A stretch of DNA of 64,000 nucleotides from positions 2,606-66,605 of the forward strand of contig CAJUQH010000009.1 of the NCBI GenBank assembly GCA_910588095.1, given 5' to 3'. Under the pieces are notes generated by a model, which was not told the DNA's origin, ran no database searches, and worked only from the letters and a program-made list of their open reading frames with translations. Below are positions 36,024 to 45,257 of this stretch, in pieces; position 1 is the stretch's first letter; the number at the start of each line of letters is the position of its first letter. The position numbers were made by a program, and so were the translations under genes. Source of the DNA: an uncultured Eggerthellaceae bacterium (lineage in GTDB: Bacteria > Actinomycetota > Coriobacteriia > Coriobacteriales > Eggerthellaceae).

Positions 36024-36033
36024 AAGGCATTCC

Positions 36034-37173
36034 ATGGCATTTCGCAACAAACGGGTCACCTATTCCGAGCACCCGACTCGCGCGGCGCGCATCGCCCATG
36101 CCAAGGGCGACTCGCAGTTCCGCAGCTACGACGTGAGCGCTATCCAGCCCAAGAAGAGGCCCTGGGGCAAGATCGCCGTGGCAGCGGTGGCCCTGGTGGC
36201 GGTCATCGTGGCAGCGGTGCTGCTGCTGACCGGCTGCGGCCCGCGTGACGTCGAGGTCATCCCCGCCGGCCAGACGGCCACCATCCAGGTGCAGTCCGGC
36301 GAAGGTGCGCGTGACGTGGCCGATTCGCTGCTGGAGGCGCGGCTCATCCCCAACACCAAGTCGTTCCTCGACGAGGTGGACCGCCAGAAGGCGTCGTCGA
36401 AGCTCATCCCCGGCACGTACCCGTTCGAGGGCGGCATGACGGTCAAGCAGATAGTCGAGGTGCTCACCATCGGCCCCGACTACTTCGCCGACACGCTCAC
36501 CGTGCCCGAGGGCAGCACCCGCAAGGCGGTAGCCCAAGCGGTGGAGCAGGCCACCAACGGCCGCATAACCTCGCAGCAGTTCCTCGATGCCAGCAGTGAT
36601 GCCAACGCCTACGCGGCCGATTACGGCTTCCTCGCCGAGGCGGGCACCGCCAGCTTGGAGGGCTTCCTGTTCCCCAAGACCTACAGCGTGCCCACCGATG
36701 CCACCGCGCAGAAGGTGGTGCGCATGATGCTCGACCAGTTCGCCACCGAGACCGCCGGCATCGACTGGAGCTACCCGCAGAGCCAGGGCCTCAGCCGCTA
36801 CGAGGCGCTCATCCTGGCCTCCATCGTGGAGAAGGAAGGCCTGACCGACAACTACGACCGCGTGGCGTCGGTGTTCTACAACCGCTTGGCCGACAACATG
36901 CCCCTGCAGTCCGACGCCACTACCGCCTACGAGGTGGGCCACGACCCCACGGCCGAAGAGGTGCATGCCGACACGCCTTACGGCACCTACGCCAACTACG
37001 GCCTGCCGCCCACGCCCATCTGCAACCCGGGCCTGGCCACGCTGCAGGCGGTGTGCAAGCCGGCCCAGACCGACTACTATTACTTCTACTTCGTGCCCGA
37101 CGGCAACGGCGGCATGAAGTACTACTTCAGCGAGACCTATGAGGACCACCAGGACGCCATCGCCGCTTCCTAG
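36034..37173 (+). CDS. mltG: Endolytic murein transglycosylase MltG (YceG-like)
   Basis: N-terminal TM, 'TLTVPEGST', 'ASIVEKE', 'YANYGLPPTPICNPG'. The ORF opens at 36001, inside ruvX. Confidence 0.85.
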   Translation: MAFRNKRVTYSEHPTRAARIAHAKGDSQFRSYDVSAIQPKKRPWGKIAVAAVALVAVIVAAVLLLTGCGPRDVEVIPAGQTATIQVQSGEGARDVADSLLEARLIPNTKSFLDEVDRQKASSKLIPGTYPFEGGMTVKQIVEVLTIGPDYFADTLTVPEGSTRKAVAQAVEQATNGRITSQQFLDASSDANAYAADYGFLAEAGTASLEGFLFPKTYSVPTDATAQKVVRMMLDQFATETAGIDWSYPQSQGLSRYEALILASIVEKEGLTDNYDRVASVFYNRLADNMPLQSDATTAYEVGHDPTAEEVHADTPYGTYANYGLPPTPICNPGLATLQAVCKPAQTDYYYFYFVPDGNGGMKYYFSETYEDHQDAIAAS

Positions 37174-37222
37174 CGGCCAGGCGCGCTTGGCACGGGGCGG
37201 CCGGAAGGAGGCCTGAGGCATC

Positions 37223-37792
37223 GTGGCGCTTTTCGAACCCGACCGCTACTTCTCGCGCCTTTCGCACGTGGACATCAACCGCGACCTGCTCGGCTGCGGG
37301 CTCACCCACGTGCTGCTCGACATCGACAACACCATCCTCACGCGCGACACGCACGAGGTCCCGCGTGACGCGGGCCTGTGGCTCGGTCGCGCCCGTACCG
37401 CCGGCATAAGCTTCTGCCTGCTGTCCAACAACTGGCACCACGGCGTCTACGAGCTGGCGGGCCAGCTGGAGCTGCCGTTGGTGGCGAAGGCCATCAAGCC
37501 GCTGCCCCACGGGTTCCTGCGCGCCATGGGCAAGGCGGGCGGCACGCGGAAGGACACGGTGGTCATCGGCGACCAGCTGGTCACCGACGTGCTGGGCGCC
37601 CACTTCCTGGGGCTGCCGGCCTACATGCTGCAGCCGCTGGTGGAGGCCGACCTGCGGCACACGCTCATGCTGCGCCATTTCGAGCGCCTGGTCATGGGCA
37701 GCCGCCTGCCCGAGCCGGCGCCGAGCCCGGCCCAGGCCGAGGGCGTGGTGGCGGCGCAGGTTTCAAGGATGGCTCAGGAGGCGGTGGAATGA
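37223..37792 (+). CDS. YqeG-family HAD-IIIA phosphatase
   Basis: 'VLLDIDNTI', 'KPLPHGF', 'VVIGDQLVTDV'. Confidence 0.75.
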   Translation: MALFEPDRYFSRLSHVDINRDLLGCGLTHVLLDIDNTILTRDTHEVPRDAGLWLGRARTAGISFCLLSNNWHHGVYELAGQLELPLVAKAIKPLPHGFLRAMGKAGGTRKDTVVIGDQLVTDVLGAHFLGLPAYMLQPLVEADLRHTLMLRHFERLVMGSRLPEPAPSPAQAEGVVAAQVSRMAQEAVE

Positions 37793-38814
37793 GCGCGCTG
37801 CGGGAAGGGGCCGCGGAGGCGGCAGGCGCAAACGGGGCTGCGAGAGCTGCGGCTGCCGTGCCCGCCAGTGGGCAGCAGGCCGCAGAAGCGCCCGGCACAT
37901 CGGCCGAGCAGCAGCTCTACGTGCTGGGCCATCCGGTAAGCCACTCCAAGTCGCCCGCCATGTACAACGCGGCTTACGGTCAGCTGGGGCTGCCATGGCG
38001 CTATGGGCTCATGGACTGCCCGACGGCCGACGAGGCCGAGCGCTTCTTGGCTGCGCGCCGGTTCCTCTCCATCAACGTGACGACGCCCTACAAGCCCCTG
38101 GCAGCCGCCGAGGCCGATGCGCTGGCCCCCGAGGCCCAGCTGGCCCGCGGGGCCAACCTGCTGGTGCGCGAAGGCGCCACGCTGGTGGCCCACAACGTGG
38201 ACGGCGCTGGGTGCGTGGGCTACCTGCTGCGCGAGGGCGTGGCCTTCGGCGGGGCGCTGGTGGCGGTGTGCGGCACCGGCCCCACGGCGCTGGCCATCAT
38301 GCACGCGTGCCTGCTGGAAGGCGCGGCGCGGGTGACGCTGCTCGGCCGCGACGCGGCGCGGTCCCAGCAGGTGCTGGCGGGCTACCTGGCCACGGCCGAA
38401 GAGGTCATGCAGGCTGCGGAAGCGCCCGAGGCCGACCGCCTGCGCGCTGCCTACGGCCAGACGCTGCTGGAGGCATCGGCCTACGGCCAAGCAGCCGCGG
38501 CCCTGGCCGAAGCCGACATCATCATCGACGCCACGCCGCTGGGCATGGCGCCTGGCGACCCGGCTCCCTTCGACACGGCGCTGCTGCGCCCCGGGCAGAC
38601 GGTGTTCGACGTGGTGTACGGCCATGGCACCACCGCGCTGGTGGCAGCCGCGCGCCAGGCGGGCGCCCGCGCCTTCGACGGGCGGGGCATGCTGGTGGCC
38701 CAGGCGGTGGCGACGCTGCGGCTCGTGTGCGCGGCGGCCCAGGTGGAATGCGTCGCCCCCTTCGACGAGCTGTTCGCCACCATGGCCCAGGCTGCCGGAT
38801 TCGAGCTGGCCTGA
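37789..38814 (+). CDS. aroE: Shikimate dehydrogenase
   Basis: 'LGHPVSHSKSPAMYNAAY'. ATGA start/stop overlap with the preceding gene; the track ORF opens earlier, at 37378. Confidence 0.85.
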   Translation: MSALREGAAEAAGANGAARAAAAVPASGQQAAEAPGTSAEQQLYVLGHPVSHSKSPAMYNAAYGQLGLPWRYGLMDCPTADEAERFLAARRFLSINVTTPYKPLAAAEADALAPEAQLARGANLLVREGATLVAHNVDGAGCVGYLLREGVAFGGALVAVCGTGPTALAIMHACLLEGAARVTLLGRDAARSQQVLAGYLATAEEVMQAAEAPEADRLRAAYGQTLLEASAYGQAAAALAEADIIIDATPLGMAPGDPAPFDTALLRPGQTVFDVVYGHGTTALVAAARQAGARAFDGRGMLVAQAVATLRLVCAAAQVECVAPFDELFATMAQAAGFELA

Positions 38815-38950
38815 GGCGCTTGAGGCACCGATCCGAGGGGCTTCCGGGCGCTTCCCTTTCCCGTTCCTGTGCGGCCTGCGAAGCCGTTTTCGGTGGCACG
38901 GCGCGCGCTGCTGGCCTAAAATAGCCCCAGAAGAAACAAGGAGCGAACCT

Positions 38951-40120
38951 ATGCAATACATCACCGCTGGCGAGAGCCATGGCCCCTGCCTGACCGCCAT
39001 CGTGTCGGGCGTGCCCGCAGGCGTGCCGCTTTCCGCCGAGCAGATAAACAGCGACCTGGCTCGACGCCAGTCGGGCTACGGCCGCGGAGGCCGGCAGACC
39101 ATCGAGCGCGACCAGGTGCAGGTGACCTCGGGTGTGCGCTTCGGCAAGACGCTCGGCACGCCGGTTACGCTCACGGTAGCCAACCGCGACTGGCAGAACT
39201 GGACCGACCGCATGGCCGTGTTCGGCGAGGCTCCGGCCGACCTGGTGCGCGAGGTGACGCCGCGGCCAGGCCACGCCGATCTGGTGGGCGCGCTCAAGAC
39301 CAATGTCGACGACTGCCGCAACATACTGGAGCGCGCGAGCGCCCGCGAGACCGCGGCGCGCGTGGCGGCGGCCGGCGTGGCGCGCGAGTTCCTGGCCGAG
39401 CTGGGCGTCGAGGTGTATTCCTATGTGACCTCCATCGGCGACGTGCGCCTGCCTGAGGACGACCCCATGGGCAGCGCCGCCGACTACACGCTGCTGGACA
39501 TAGAGACTTCCGAGGTGCGCTGCCCGAGCCCCGCGGCCAGCAAGGCCATGATGGCCGCCATCGACAAGGCCAAGAAGGCAGGCGAGAGCCTGGGCGGCAC
39601 CTTTCGCGTGGTGGCCACGGGCCTGGTGCCGGGCTTGGGCGGCTACGCCAGCGCGGCCGAGCGCCTGACCAGCCAGCTGGGGGCGGCGGTGCTGTCCATA
39701 CCGGCCATCAAGGGCGTCGAGCTGGGCCTTGGCTTCGAGGCGGCTGTGCGGCCGGGCTCGCGCGTGCACGATCCCATCGCGCTGGACGGCGGCGAGTTCG
39801 TGCGCACGAGCAACAACGCCGGCGGCCTGGAAGGCGGCATGACCAACGGCATGCCCCTGGTGGTGACCGCGGCCATGAAGCCCATCCCCACGCTCATGCA
39901 GCCTCTGGGCACCGTTGACCTGGACACGCTCGAGCCCGCCGAGGCATCGCGCGAGCGCAGCGACGTGTGCGCCGTGCCTGCGGCGGCCGTGGTGGCCGAA
40001 GGCGAGGTGGCCTTCGTGCTGGCCAACGCCTACCTGGCGGCCTTCGGCAGCACCTGCCTGGCCGACATCAAGGCCAACCTGCGCCAGTACAAGCAGCGGC
40101 TGCGGGGGTTCGCGCGCTGA
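38951..40120 (+). CDS. aroC: Chorismate synthase
   Basis: 'MQYITAGESHGP...', 'RPGHADL', 'ERSDVCAVPAA'. Confidence 0.9.
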   Translation: MQYITAGESHGPCLTAIVSGVPAGVPLSAEQINSDLARRQSGYGRGGRQTIERDQVQVTSGVRFGKTLGTPVTLTVANRDWQNWTDRMAVFGEAPADLVREVTPRPGHADLVGALKTNVDDCRNILERASARETAARVAAAGVAREFLAELGVEVYSYVTSIGDVRLPEDDPMGSAADYTLLDIETSEVRCPSPAASKAMMAAIDKAKKAGESLGGTFRVVATGLVPGLGGYASAAERLTSQLGAAVLSIPAIKGVELGLGFEAAVRPGSRVHDPIALDGGEFVRTSNNAGGLEGGMTNGMPLVVTAAMKPIPTLMQPLGTVDLDTLEPAEASRERSDVCAVPAAAVVAEGEVAFVLANAYLAAFGSTCLADIKANLRQYKQRLRGFAR

Positions 40121-40665
40121 TGGATCGCTATGAGCTCAAGCGCCCCGTGTTCCTCATCGGCTTCATGGGAGCAGGCAAGACGTCCGTGGCACGACGGCTG
40201 GCCCGCACGTGCGGCATCGCCTCGGTGGACATGGACACCTACCTCGAGCGGAGCGCCGGCCGCTCGGTCAAGGAGATATTCGCCGAAGACGGCGAGGCAG
40301 GCTTCCGCGACATCGAGACCGGCGTGCTGCGCGAGCTGGCTGGCAAGGACGACCCGCTGCTCATATCGTGCGGCGGCGGCATCGTCGAGCGGCCCGAGAA
40401 CCGCGAGCTCATGGTCGAGGCCGGCGTGGTGGTGCACCTGCGCGTGACCGTGGACGAGGCCGAGTCGCGCATATCCAACAAGGAGAGCCGCCCGCTGTTC
40501 GGCGACCTGGAAGCGGCCGAGGCCCTGCGCGAGCGCCGCATGCCGCTCTACGAGCAAGCGGCTGATCACTCCATCGACACAGCTGGCAGATCCATCCCGC
40601 AGATAGCCCATGATGTGCGGCGTCTGCTCGAAGAAGGAGGCGTGCTATGCCCGCTACCCGCGTGA
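40120..40665 (+). CDS. aroK: Shikimate kinase
   Basis: 'FLIGFMGAGKTSVARRLA'. TGATG overlap with aroC. Confidence 0.9.
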   Translation: MDRYELKRPVFLIGFMGAGKTSVARRLARTCGIASVDMDTYLERSAGRSVKEIFAEDGEAGFRDIETGVLRELAGKDDPLLISCGGGIVERPENRELMVEAGVVVHLRVTVDEAESRISNKESRPLFGDLEAAEALRERRMPLYEQAADHSIDTAGRSIPQIAHDVRRLLEEGGVLCPLPA

Positions 40666-41762
40666 GCGTGGCCATCCCTGACGAGTCGCCCTACGACGTG
40701 CGCATAGGCGCCCATGTGCTGGACGAGCTGGGCGAGAGCCTGCGCGCCGTACCCGCCCTGGCTCGCACCCGGCAGCTGCTGGTGCTCACCGACAGCAACG
40801 TGGAGCCGCTGTACCTGGGCCAGGCCCAGCAATCGCTCACGGCGGCGGGCTTCACGGTGGACAGCATAACGGTGCCGGCGGGCGAAGGCTCCAAGTCGCT
40901 GGCGGTGGCCGGCGAGGTGTGGGAGGCCATGGCCCAGCTGGGCCTCGGGCGCGATTGTGCCGTGGTGGCCCTGGGCGGGGGCGTCGTGGGCGACCTGGCC
41001 GGCTTCGCGGGCAGCACCTACATGCGTGGCGTGGCCGTGGTGCAGGCGCCCACCACGCTGCTGGCGATGGTGGACTCGTCGGTGGGGGGCAAGACCGGCG
41101 TGAACCTCGAAGCGGGGAAGAACCTGGTGGGCACGTTCAACCAGCCGGTGTTCGTAGGGGCCTCCACCGCAGCGCTGGCCACGCTGCCGCCCCGCGAGTG
41201 GGCCTGCGGCTGCGCCGAGGTGGCCAAGTCGGCCGTCATCGACGGCGATGGGTTCTTCTTCTGGCTGGTGGACAACGCGGCGGCGCTGGCCGCCCGCGAA
41301 GAAGCCGTGGTCGCCGAGGCCATCGCGCGCTGCGTGGTGTTCAAGGCCGGCGTGGTTGCATCCGACAAGACCGAGAGCCGCGGCGTGCGCGAGTGCTTGA
41401 ACTACGGCCACACGCTGGGCCACGCCATCGAGACGCTGGCTGGCTACGGCACGTTCAGCCACGGTGCCGCCGTCGCCGAGGGCATGCGCTTTGCCGCGCG
41501 GCTGGGCGGGCAGCTGGCGGGCACGCCAGACGAGCTGGTGAAGGCCCAGGACGAGTTGCTGGACGCGCTCGGCTGCCCGGCGCTCGAGTGGCGCGCCCCG
41601 GCGGCGGCCATGCTGGATGCCATGAAGCGCGACAAGAAGGCCCGCAGCGGCGCGGTGCGCTTCGTGCTGCCGCGTGACGTGGGCGATTGGGAAGTGGTGC
41701 CGGTGGACGACGCGGTGCTGCTGGAGGCGCTGGAAGCGTGGGAAGGGGGCACCCTATGTTGA
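40647..41762 (+). CDS. aroB: 3-dehydroquinate synthase
   Basis: 'VGGKTGVNL', 'LNYGHTLGHAIE'. Confidence 0.9.
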   Translation: MPATRVSVAIPDESPYDVRIGAHVLDELGESLRAVPALARTRQLLVLTDSNVEPLYLGQAQQSLTAAGFTVDSITVPAGEGSKSLAVAGEVWEAMAQLGLGRDCAVVALGGGVVGDLAGFAGSTYMRGVAVVQAPTTLLAMVDSSVGGKTGVNLEAGKNLVGTFNQPVFVGASTAALATLPPREWACGCAEVAKSAVIDGDGFFFWLVDNAAALAAREEAVVAEAIARCVVFKAGVVASDKTESRGVRECLNYGHTLGHAIETLAGYGTFSHGAAVAEGMRFAARLGGQLAGTPDELVKAQDELLDALGCPALEWRAPAAAMLDAMKRDKKARSGAVRFVLPRDVGDWEVVPVDDAVLLEALEAWEGGTLC

Positions 41763-42205
41763 GGATGCTGCTGCTGAACGGCCCGAACCTTAACATGCTG
41801 GGCGTGCGCGACCCGGCCATATACGGCACCGATACGCTGGAGGCCATCGAGCAGATGGTGGTCGACCATGGCGCCGAGCGCGGCGTGCAGGTGGACTGCT
41901 TCCAGTCGAACCACGAAGGGGCCCTGGTCGATCGCCTGCACCAGGCGCACGGCCGCTACGACGGCATCGTGTACAACCCCGGCGCCCATACCCACTACTC
42001 CTATGCCCTGCATGACGCCGTCGAATGCATCGACGTGCCGGTGGTGGAGGTGCACATATCCGACATCTCGAAGCGCGAGGAGTTCCGGCGCCACTCGGTC
42101 ATCGCGTCGGCGTGCGTCGCCCAGGTGAAGGGCAAGGGCAAGGCAGGCTACCTCGATGCGCTCGACCTGCTTGTGGACCGGGCGGCGGAAAGCGACGAGG
42201 CGTGA
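41756..42205 (+). CDS. aroQ: Type II 3-dehydroquinate dehydratase
   Basis: 'LLLNGPNLNMLGVRDPAIYG', 'EVHISDISKREEFRRHS'. Confidence 0.9.
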   Translation: MLRMLLLNGPNLNMLGVRDPAIYGTDTLEAIEQMVVDHGAERGVQVDCFQSNHEGALVDRLHQAHGRYDGIVYNPGAHTHYSYALHDAVECIDVPVVEVHISDISKREEFRRHSVIASACVAQVKGKGKAGYLDALDLLVDRAAESDEA

Positions 42206-43407
42206 GCGCAGAAGCGGCCGCTGAGCGGCTCGCCCAGCTGCGGGAGGCCAGCGCGCGCTTGGGCGCGGGGGCCTTCCTCGTGCGCGACACTTCGAACATC
42301 GTGTGGCTGACCGCCTTCGACGACGTGTTCGACGACGAGCCGGCCCATGCTCTGTATGTGTGTCCCCAGCACGCGTGGCTGCATACCGATTCGCGCTACT
42401 CCGGTGCCTGCGAGGCAGCCGCTGTGGGCGGTCCCGTGCAGGTGAGCACGCGCAAGGGAGGCCATGCCGCCTTCGCGGCGCACCAGTGGGCAGGTCGCCC
42501 GGTTCATGCTGCCGATGCGCGGCTGGGCATCGAGGATGCCATCGCGCTTTCCGAGTACCGGGCGCTGCAGCGGGCCTTCGCTGCGGAAGGCGTGGCCCAC
42601 GAGGCGGGACGGCAGGCTGCGAGCACGGCCGATGGCGCTGGTGATGCCGCTGTGGCTTCCGCGGGTCCGACGGCTGACGGCCCGTTCATCGAGACCGATG
42701 GCGTGGTGCTGCGGCTGCGAGCGGTGAAGGATGCCGGCGAGCTGGAGCGCATGCGTGCCGCTCAAGCCATCACCGATGCCGCCTTCGCCCACATCATAGG
42801 GTTCATGGCGCCGGGCATGACCGAACGCCAGGTGCAGCTGGAGCTCGACGACTTCATGCTCAAGCACGGCGCCGACGGGCTCGCGTTCCCGAGCATCGTG
42901 GCCACGGGCCCCAACGGTGCGAACCCCCATGCCATCCCTAGCAGCACGGTGCTGGAAGCAGGCCAGTGCGTCGTGATGGACTTCGGCGCGCGGGCGCGCG
43001 GCTACTGCTCGGACATGACGCGCACTGTGTTCCTGGGTACCCCCGAGGGCGACATGCTGCGGGCGTGGGAGACGCTGCGGCGTGCCAACGAGCAGGTGCA
43101 GGAGAGCATTCGCCCGGGCGTGACGGGGAAAGAATGCCACGAGCTGGCCGAGCGCATCCTGGCCGAAGGCGGCTTTGCGGGCGCTATGGGCCACGGGCTG
43201 GGCCATGGAGTAGGCATCGACATCCACGAGCTGCCGGTGCTCAACCCGCGCAACGACCAGCCGCTTCAGGCAGGCAACGTGGTCACCGTGGAGCCGGGCA
43301 TCTATCTGGCTGATCGCTTCGGCATGAGGCTGGAGGACTGCGGCGTGGTGACCGAGCGCGGCTTCGACCGCTTCACCCAGTCCACCCACGACATGGTGGT
43401 GCTGTAA
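42202..43407 (+). CDS. pepP: M24-family Xaa-Pro aminopeptidase
   Basis: 'VVMDFGARARGYCSDMTRT', 'HGLGHGVGIDIHE', 'VVTVEPGIY'. GTGA overlap with aroQ. Confidence 0.8.
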   Translation: MSAEAAAERLAQLREASARLGAGAFLVRDTSNIVWLTAFDDVFDDEPAHALYVCPQHAWLHTDSRYSGACEAAAVGGPVQVSTRKGGHAAFAAHQWAGRPVHAADARLGIEDAIALSEYRALQRAFAAEGVAHEAGRQAASTADGAGDAAVASAGPTADGPFIETDGVVLRLRAVKDAGELERMRAAQAITDAAFAHIIGFMAPGMTERQVQLELDDFMLKHGADGLAFPSIVATGPNGANPHAIPSSTVLEAGQCVVMDFGARARGYCSDMTRTVFLGTPEGDMLRAWETLRRANEQVQESIRPGVTGKECHELAERILAEGGFAGAMGHGLGHGVGIDIHELPVLNPRNDQPLQAGNVVTVEPGIYLADRFGMRLEDCGVVTERGFDRFTQSTHDMVVL

Positions 43408-43439
43408 GCCGCGCATCGCCCTTGGTGCCCCACTCCCTA

Positions 43440-43454
43440 ACCAGGCAGGTTTGC
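43440..43454. repeat. Left copy of the 15-bp perfect direct repeat ACCAGGCAGGTTTGC
   Basis: Identical 15-mer at 44971..44985. The pair brackets the second DUF4143 ATPase cassette. Confidence 0.9.
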
Positions 43455-43490
43455 TGCAAATCCTATTCCGCGCCCTCTATCAGGCAAAAT

Positions 43491-43578
43491 CACGGAATTA
43501 TACGTTTTTTCGCTCATTTCATCACGAAATTATGTAATATTCCGTGGTTATCACCACGGAATTATGTAAAAATTCGTG
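43491..43578. repeat. Three phased 24-bp (imperfect) palindromes CACGRAAT-N8-ATTYCGTG at 32-bp spacing (starts 43491, 43523, 43555)
   Basis: cacggaattatacgttttttcgct / cacgaaattatgtaatattccgtg / cacggaattatgtaaaaattcgtg. The last ends 19 nt before ATG 43598. Confidence 0.8.
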
Positions 43579-43597
43579 ATATGAGGACTAGGCTACG

Positions 43598-44956
43598 ATG
43601 AAAGGGCTTCCCATGAGAAGGCATATAACTGCGAAGCTCGAAGAGTGGAAGCGCTCGCCGCGGAGGAAGCCGCTGCTGCTTCGGGGAGCTCGGCAAGTAG
43701 GGAAGACCTGGGCTCTCACTGAGTTCGGGCGTGCTTCCTATGAGAACCTGGCTTACTTCAACTTCGACCTCAACGCGGAATACAGGCAGTTCTTTCAGCT
43801 GACCAAAGACCCGCATCGTATCATGGAGAATCTGGCTGCCGCCAGCGCTCAACCTATCTTCCCCGAGAAGACCTTGATCGTGTTCGACGAGGTGCAGGCG
43901 TGTCCCGAGGCCATCGCGTCGCTCAAGTACTTCTGCGAGCAGGCACCGGACTATCACATTGCTTGCGCTGGGTCGCTGCTCGGGGTGGCTCTGTCGCATC
44001 CGGCATCTTTTCCTGTGGGCAAGGTGGACGTGATGGATATGCACCCTATGACCTTCGAGGAGTTCTTGGCTGCAGGCGACGGGGCAATCTTGGCGGCGTA
44101 TCTTAGGGGGGTTGATGCTCTTGAGCCCCTACCTGATGCGTTCTTCAACCCGCTGTTGGAGAAGCTGCGTCTCTACTTCCTGACCGGCGGCATGCCCGAA
44201 GCGGTGCTCGTGTGGCTTGAGACCCGCGATGTGGGGGCGTTGCAAGCCACGCTGAGCAACTTGCTCGACCTTTACGCGCTTGATTTCCAGAAGCACGCGC
44301 CGGAATCGCTTTTCGCGAAGATAGAGCTCGTGTGGCGGTCGATGCCCTCGCAGCTTGCGCGCGAGAACAAGAAGTTCCTCTATAGCTTGGTACGGGAAAG
44401 CGCCCGTGCCCGCGAGTACGAGGATGCTATCGAATGGCTGGTCAAGGCCGAGCTGCTGACCAAGGTGACGCGCTGCGCGAAGCCCGCCCTTCCGCTGAGC
44501 GCCTATGACGAGCCGCAGGCGTTCAAGCTGTACCTGCTCGATGTGGGTCTGCTGCGGCGGTTTTCGTCGTTGGCTCCCTCGGCCATAACGGAGGGCAACC
44601 GCCTGTTCACGGAATTCAAAGGGGCATTGACGGAGAACTTCGTGCTACAGGAGCTGCTGCCTCAGTTCGATGCGCGCCCACGCTACTGGGTTATGGATAA
44701 CCCGCGATACGAAGTGGACTTCATGGTGCAATCGGACAACGACATCGTTCCCATTGAGGTCAAGGCGGGCGAGAACGTGAAGGCGAAAAGCCTACGGAAG
44801 TATCGCGAGAAGTACGAGGCCGCAACGCCGCTGGCGGTGCGCTTCTCGCTGCGCAACCTGACGTGCGAAGGGGGCGTGCTCAATGTGCCGCTTTTCATGG
44901 CTGGCCAAACCGAGCGCTTGCTGCAGCTTGCCAAAGAAGGACCCTGCCGTCGCTAA
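43598..44956 (+). CDS. AAA+ ATPase of the DUF4143 / COG1373 type (second, divergent copy)
   Basis: Walker A 'GARQVGKT', Walker B 'IVFDEVQ', C-terminal 'YEVDFMV...PIEVKAGENVK'. Confidence 0.8.
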   Translation: MKGLPMRRHITAKLEEWKRSPRRKPLLLRGARQVGKTWALTEFGRASYENLAYFNFDLNAEYRQFFQLTKDPHRIMENLAAASAQPIFPEKTLIVFDEVQACPEAIASLKYFCEQAPDYHIACAGSLLGVALSHPASFPVGKVDVMDMHPMTFEEFLAAGDGAILAAYLRGVDALEPLPDAFFNPLLEKLRLYFLTGGMPEAVLVWLETRDVGALQATLSNLLDLYALDFQKHAPESLFAKIELVWRSMPSQLARENKKFLYSLVRESARAREYEDAIEWLVKAELLTKVTRCAKPALPLSAYDEPQAFKLYLLDVGLLRRFSSLAPSAITEGNRLFTEFKGALTENFVLQELLPQFDARPRYWVMDNPRYEVDFMVQSDNDIVPIEVKAGENVKAKSLRKYREKYEAATPLAVRFSLRNLTCEGGVLNVPLFMAGQTERLLQLAKEGPCRR

Positions 44957-44970
44957 GGCTCAGACGCTTG

Positions 44971-44985
44971 ACCAGGCAGGTTTGC
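44971..44985. repeat. Right copy of the 15-bp direct repeat ACCAGGCAGGTTTGC (overlaps the -35 of the locus C promoter)
   Basis: Read directly. Confidence 0.9.
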
Positions 44986-45011
44986 GCTTTCTCTCGAAGG
45001 TGTGCTAGAGT
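44982..45011 (+). promoter_or_regulatory. Predicted promoter of surface locus C: TTGCGC-N18-TGCTAGAGT
   Basis: Same architecture as 2853..2882. Confidence 0.5.
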
Positions 45012-45128
45012 GCGCATCACTTGGCGGCTTCGAGCTTCACCTGTTGCAATGCGAGCGCAGGGGCAGCAAGGACGCTGAGCAAAACGGGAACATACTTTGC
45101 TTTCGCATCGGGAAGGAAGCAAGACGAA

Positions 45129-45257
45129 ATGCGAATCGGTAACGCCTTGCGGCATGCTGCCGCATCATCTTTCGGCATAGCCTTGTCTATCATGTTGGCT
45201 TCAAGCCTGCTGCCCGCTGACGCCTTGGCAGAAGGCGTGGGGGGGGTAGCCCTCTAA
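45129..45257 (+). other. Detached signal-peptide ORF of surface locus C (42 codons), out of frame with the body
   Basis: MRIGNALRHAAASSFGIALSIMLASSLLPADALAEGVGGVAL*. RBS GGGAAGGAAG upstream. Runs through the G8 tract and stops at TAA 45255..45257. Confidence 0.75.
45239..45246 (+). repeat. G8 homopolymer at the signal-peptide/mature-protein junction (candidate phase-variation tract)
   Basis: Read directly. I translated the body frame codon by codon from 45239 to 45431 and found no stop. Confidence 0.95.
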
